A stretch of 33,411 nt of DNA from a virus (Duplodnaviria; Caudoviricetes): IMG/VR virus record IMGVR_UViG_3300037851_000560, positions 1 to 33,411 of that record; one strand, 5' to 3'. Under the pieces are notes generated by a model. It was not told where the DNA came from, searched no databases, and was given only the letters and a program-made list of their open reading frames with translations. The stretch's first letter is position 1; each line of letters starts with the position of its first letter. A program made the translations under genes and the position numbers. Below, piece by piece: positions 33,019 to 33,411 of the stretch.

Positions 33019-33411
33019 TGGCGTTCCTCCGCACCGGCACGCCGCGCGCCACGGCCGGCCCCGCGACCGTCACCGGCAGCGCGACGCTCGCGGGCGCGAC
33101 GACGCTCACCGCTGCCGGGCAGGCGACGAAGTTCGCGGCAGCCACGCTCGCCGCCGTCACGACCCTCGCGTGCAGCGGCGTCGTCGAGCGCACGGGCGCA
33201 GCGACGCTCGCGGCCACCTCCTCGATCACGGCATCTGGTACCCGCTTCGTCAATGGCGCAGCGACCCTCGCCGGGACGACGACCCTCACCGCCGCAGGCC
33301 AGCGCACCGCGAACGGGGCCGCGACCCTTGCCGCCGTCTCCGGGCTCACGGCCGCCGGGCAGCGCACGACGAACGGCACAGCGACCCTCGCGGCGTCCTC
33401 GGGCCTCACGT
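33018..33411 (+). CDS. Repeat-containing tail-fibre-like protein, runs off the window edge
   Basis: TGATG-coupled; MAFLRTG..., then about six 20-aa repeats (GAATLAxxxxLTAAGQRxxN; 60 bp period). Confidence 0.7.
   Translation, partial: MAFLRTGTPRATAGPATVTGSATLAGATTLTAAGQATKFAAATLAAVTTLACSGVVERTGAATLAATSSITASGTRFVNGAATLAGTTTLTAAGQRTANGAATLAAVSGLTAAGQRTTNGTATLAASSGLT

Noticed and set aside
33060-33411. 60-bp tandem repeat as a second non-coding array
   Set aside because: The period is a multiple of 3 and it encodes in-frame 20-aa repeats of a structural protein.
1-33411. Integrase, att site, tRNA, IS element or reverse transcriptase/DGR
   Set aside because: None recognised by eye, so lifestyle (temperate or lytic) cannot be determined from this window.

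Overview
A GC-rich (roughly 70% by eye) tailed-phage or prophage segment with two divergent arms. The left arm (1-12778, minus strand) carries early, replication and recombination genes: a DUF1376/YdaU-like replication initiator (truncated by the window edge), RecT, a Cas4/AddB-like PD-(D/E)XK nuclease, an XRE HTH regulator, a Ycf46-like AAA ATPase with WGR, DUF1257-, DUF2997- and DUF3150-like genes, a SpoVG-like protein and many small ORFs. A ~610 bp structured control region follows. The right arm (13391-33411, plus strand) carries late genes: TerS, TerL, small ORFs, a GH24 endolysin with membrane and lipoproteins, a portal protein fused to a zincin peptidase, a MuF protein with kinase-like, ADP-ribosyltransferase-like and HTH domains, three glycosyltransferases, two methyltransferases and tail-like proteins. 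The most striking feature sits between the nuclease and RecT: a stand-alone Cas7/RAMP-like gene (2812-3585) followed directly by a ~630 bp non-coding array (2181-2811). The array is made of NN-GGY pentamers punctuated 13 times by GGCGGTC, and is followed by a conserved accessory gene. This looks like a non-CRISPR, RNA-guided phage system (VIPR-like). All family assignments come from motif recognition by eye, not from database searches.
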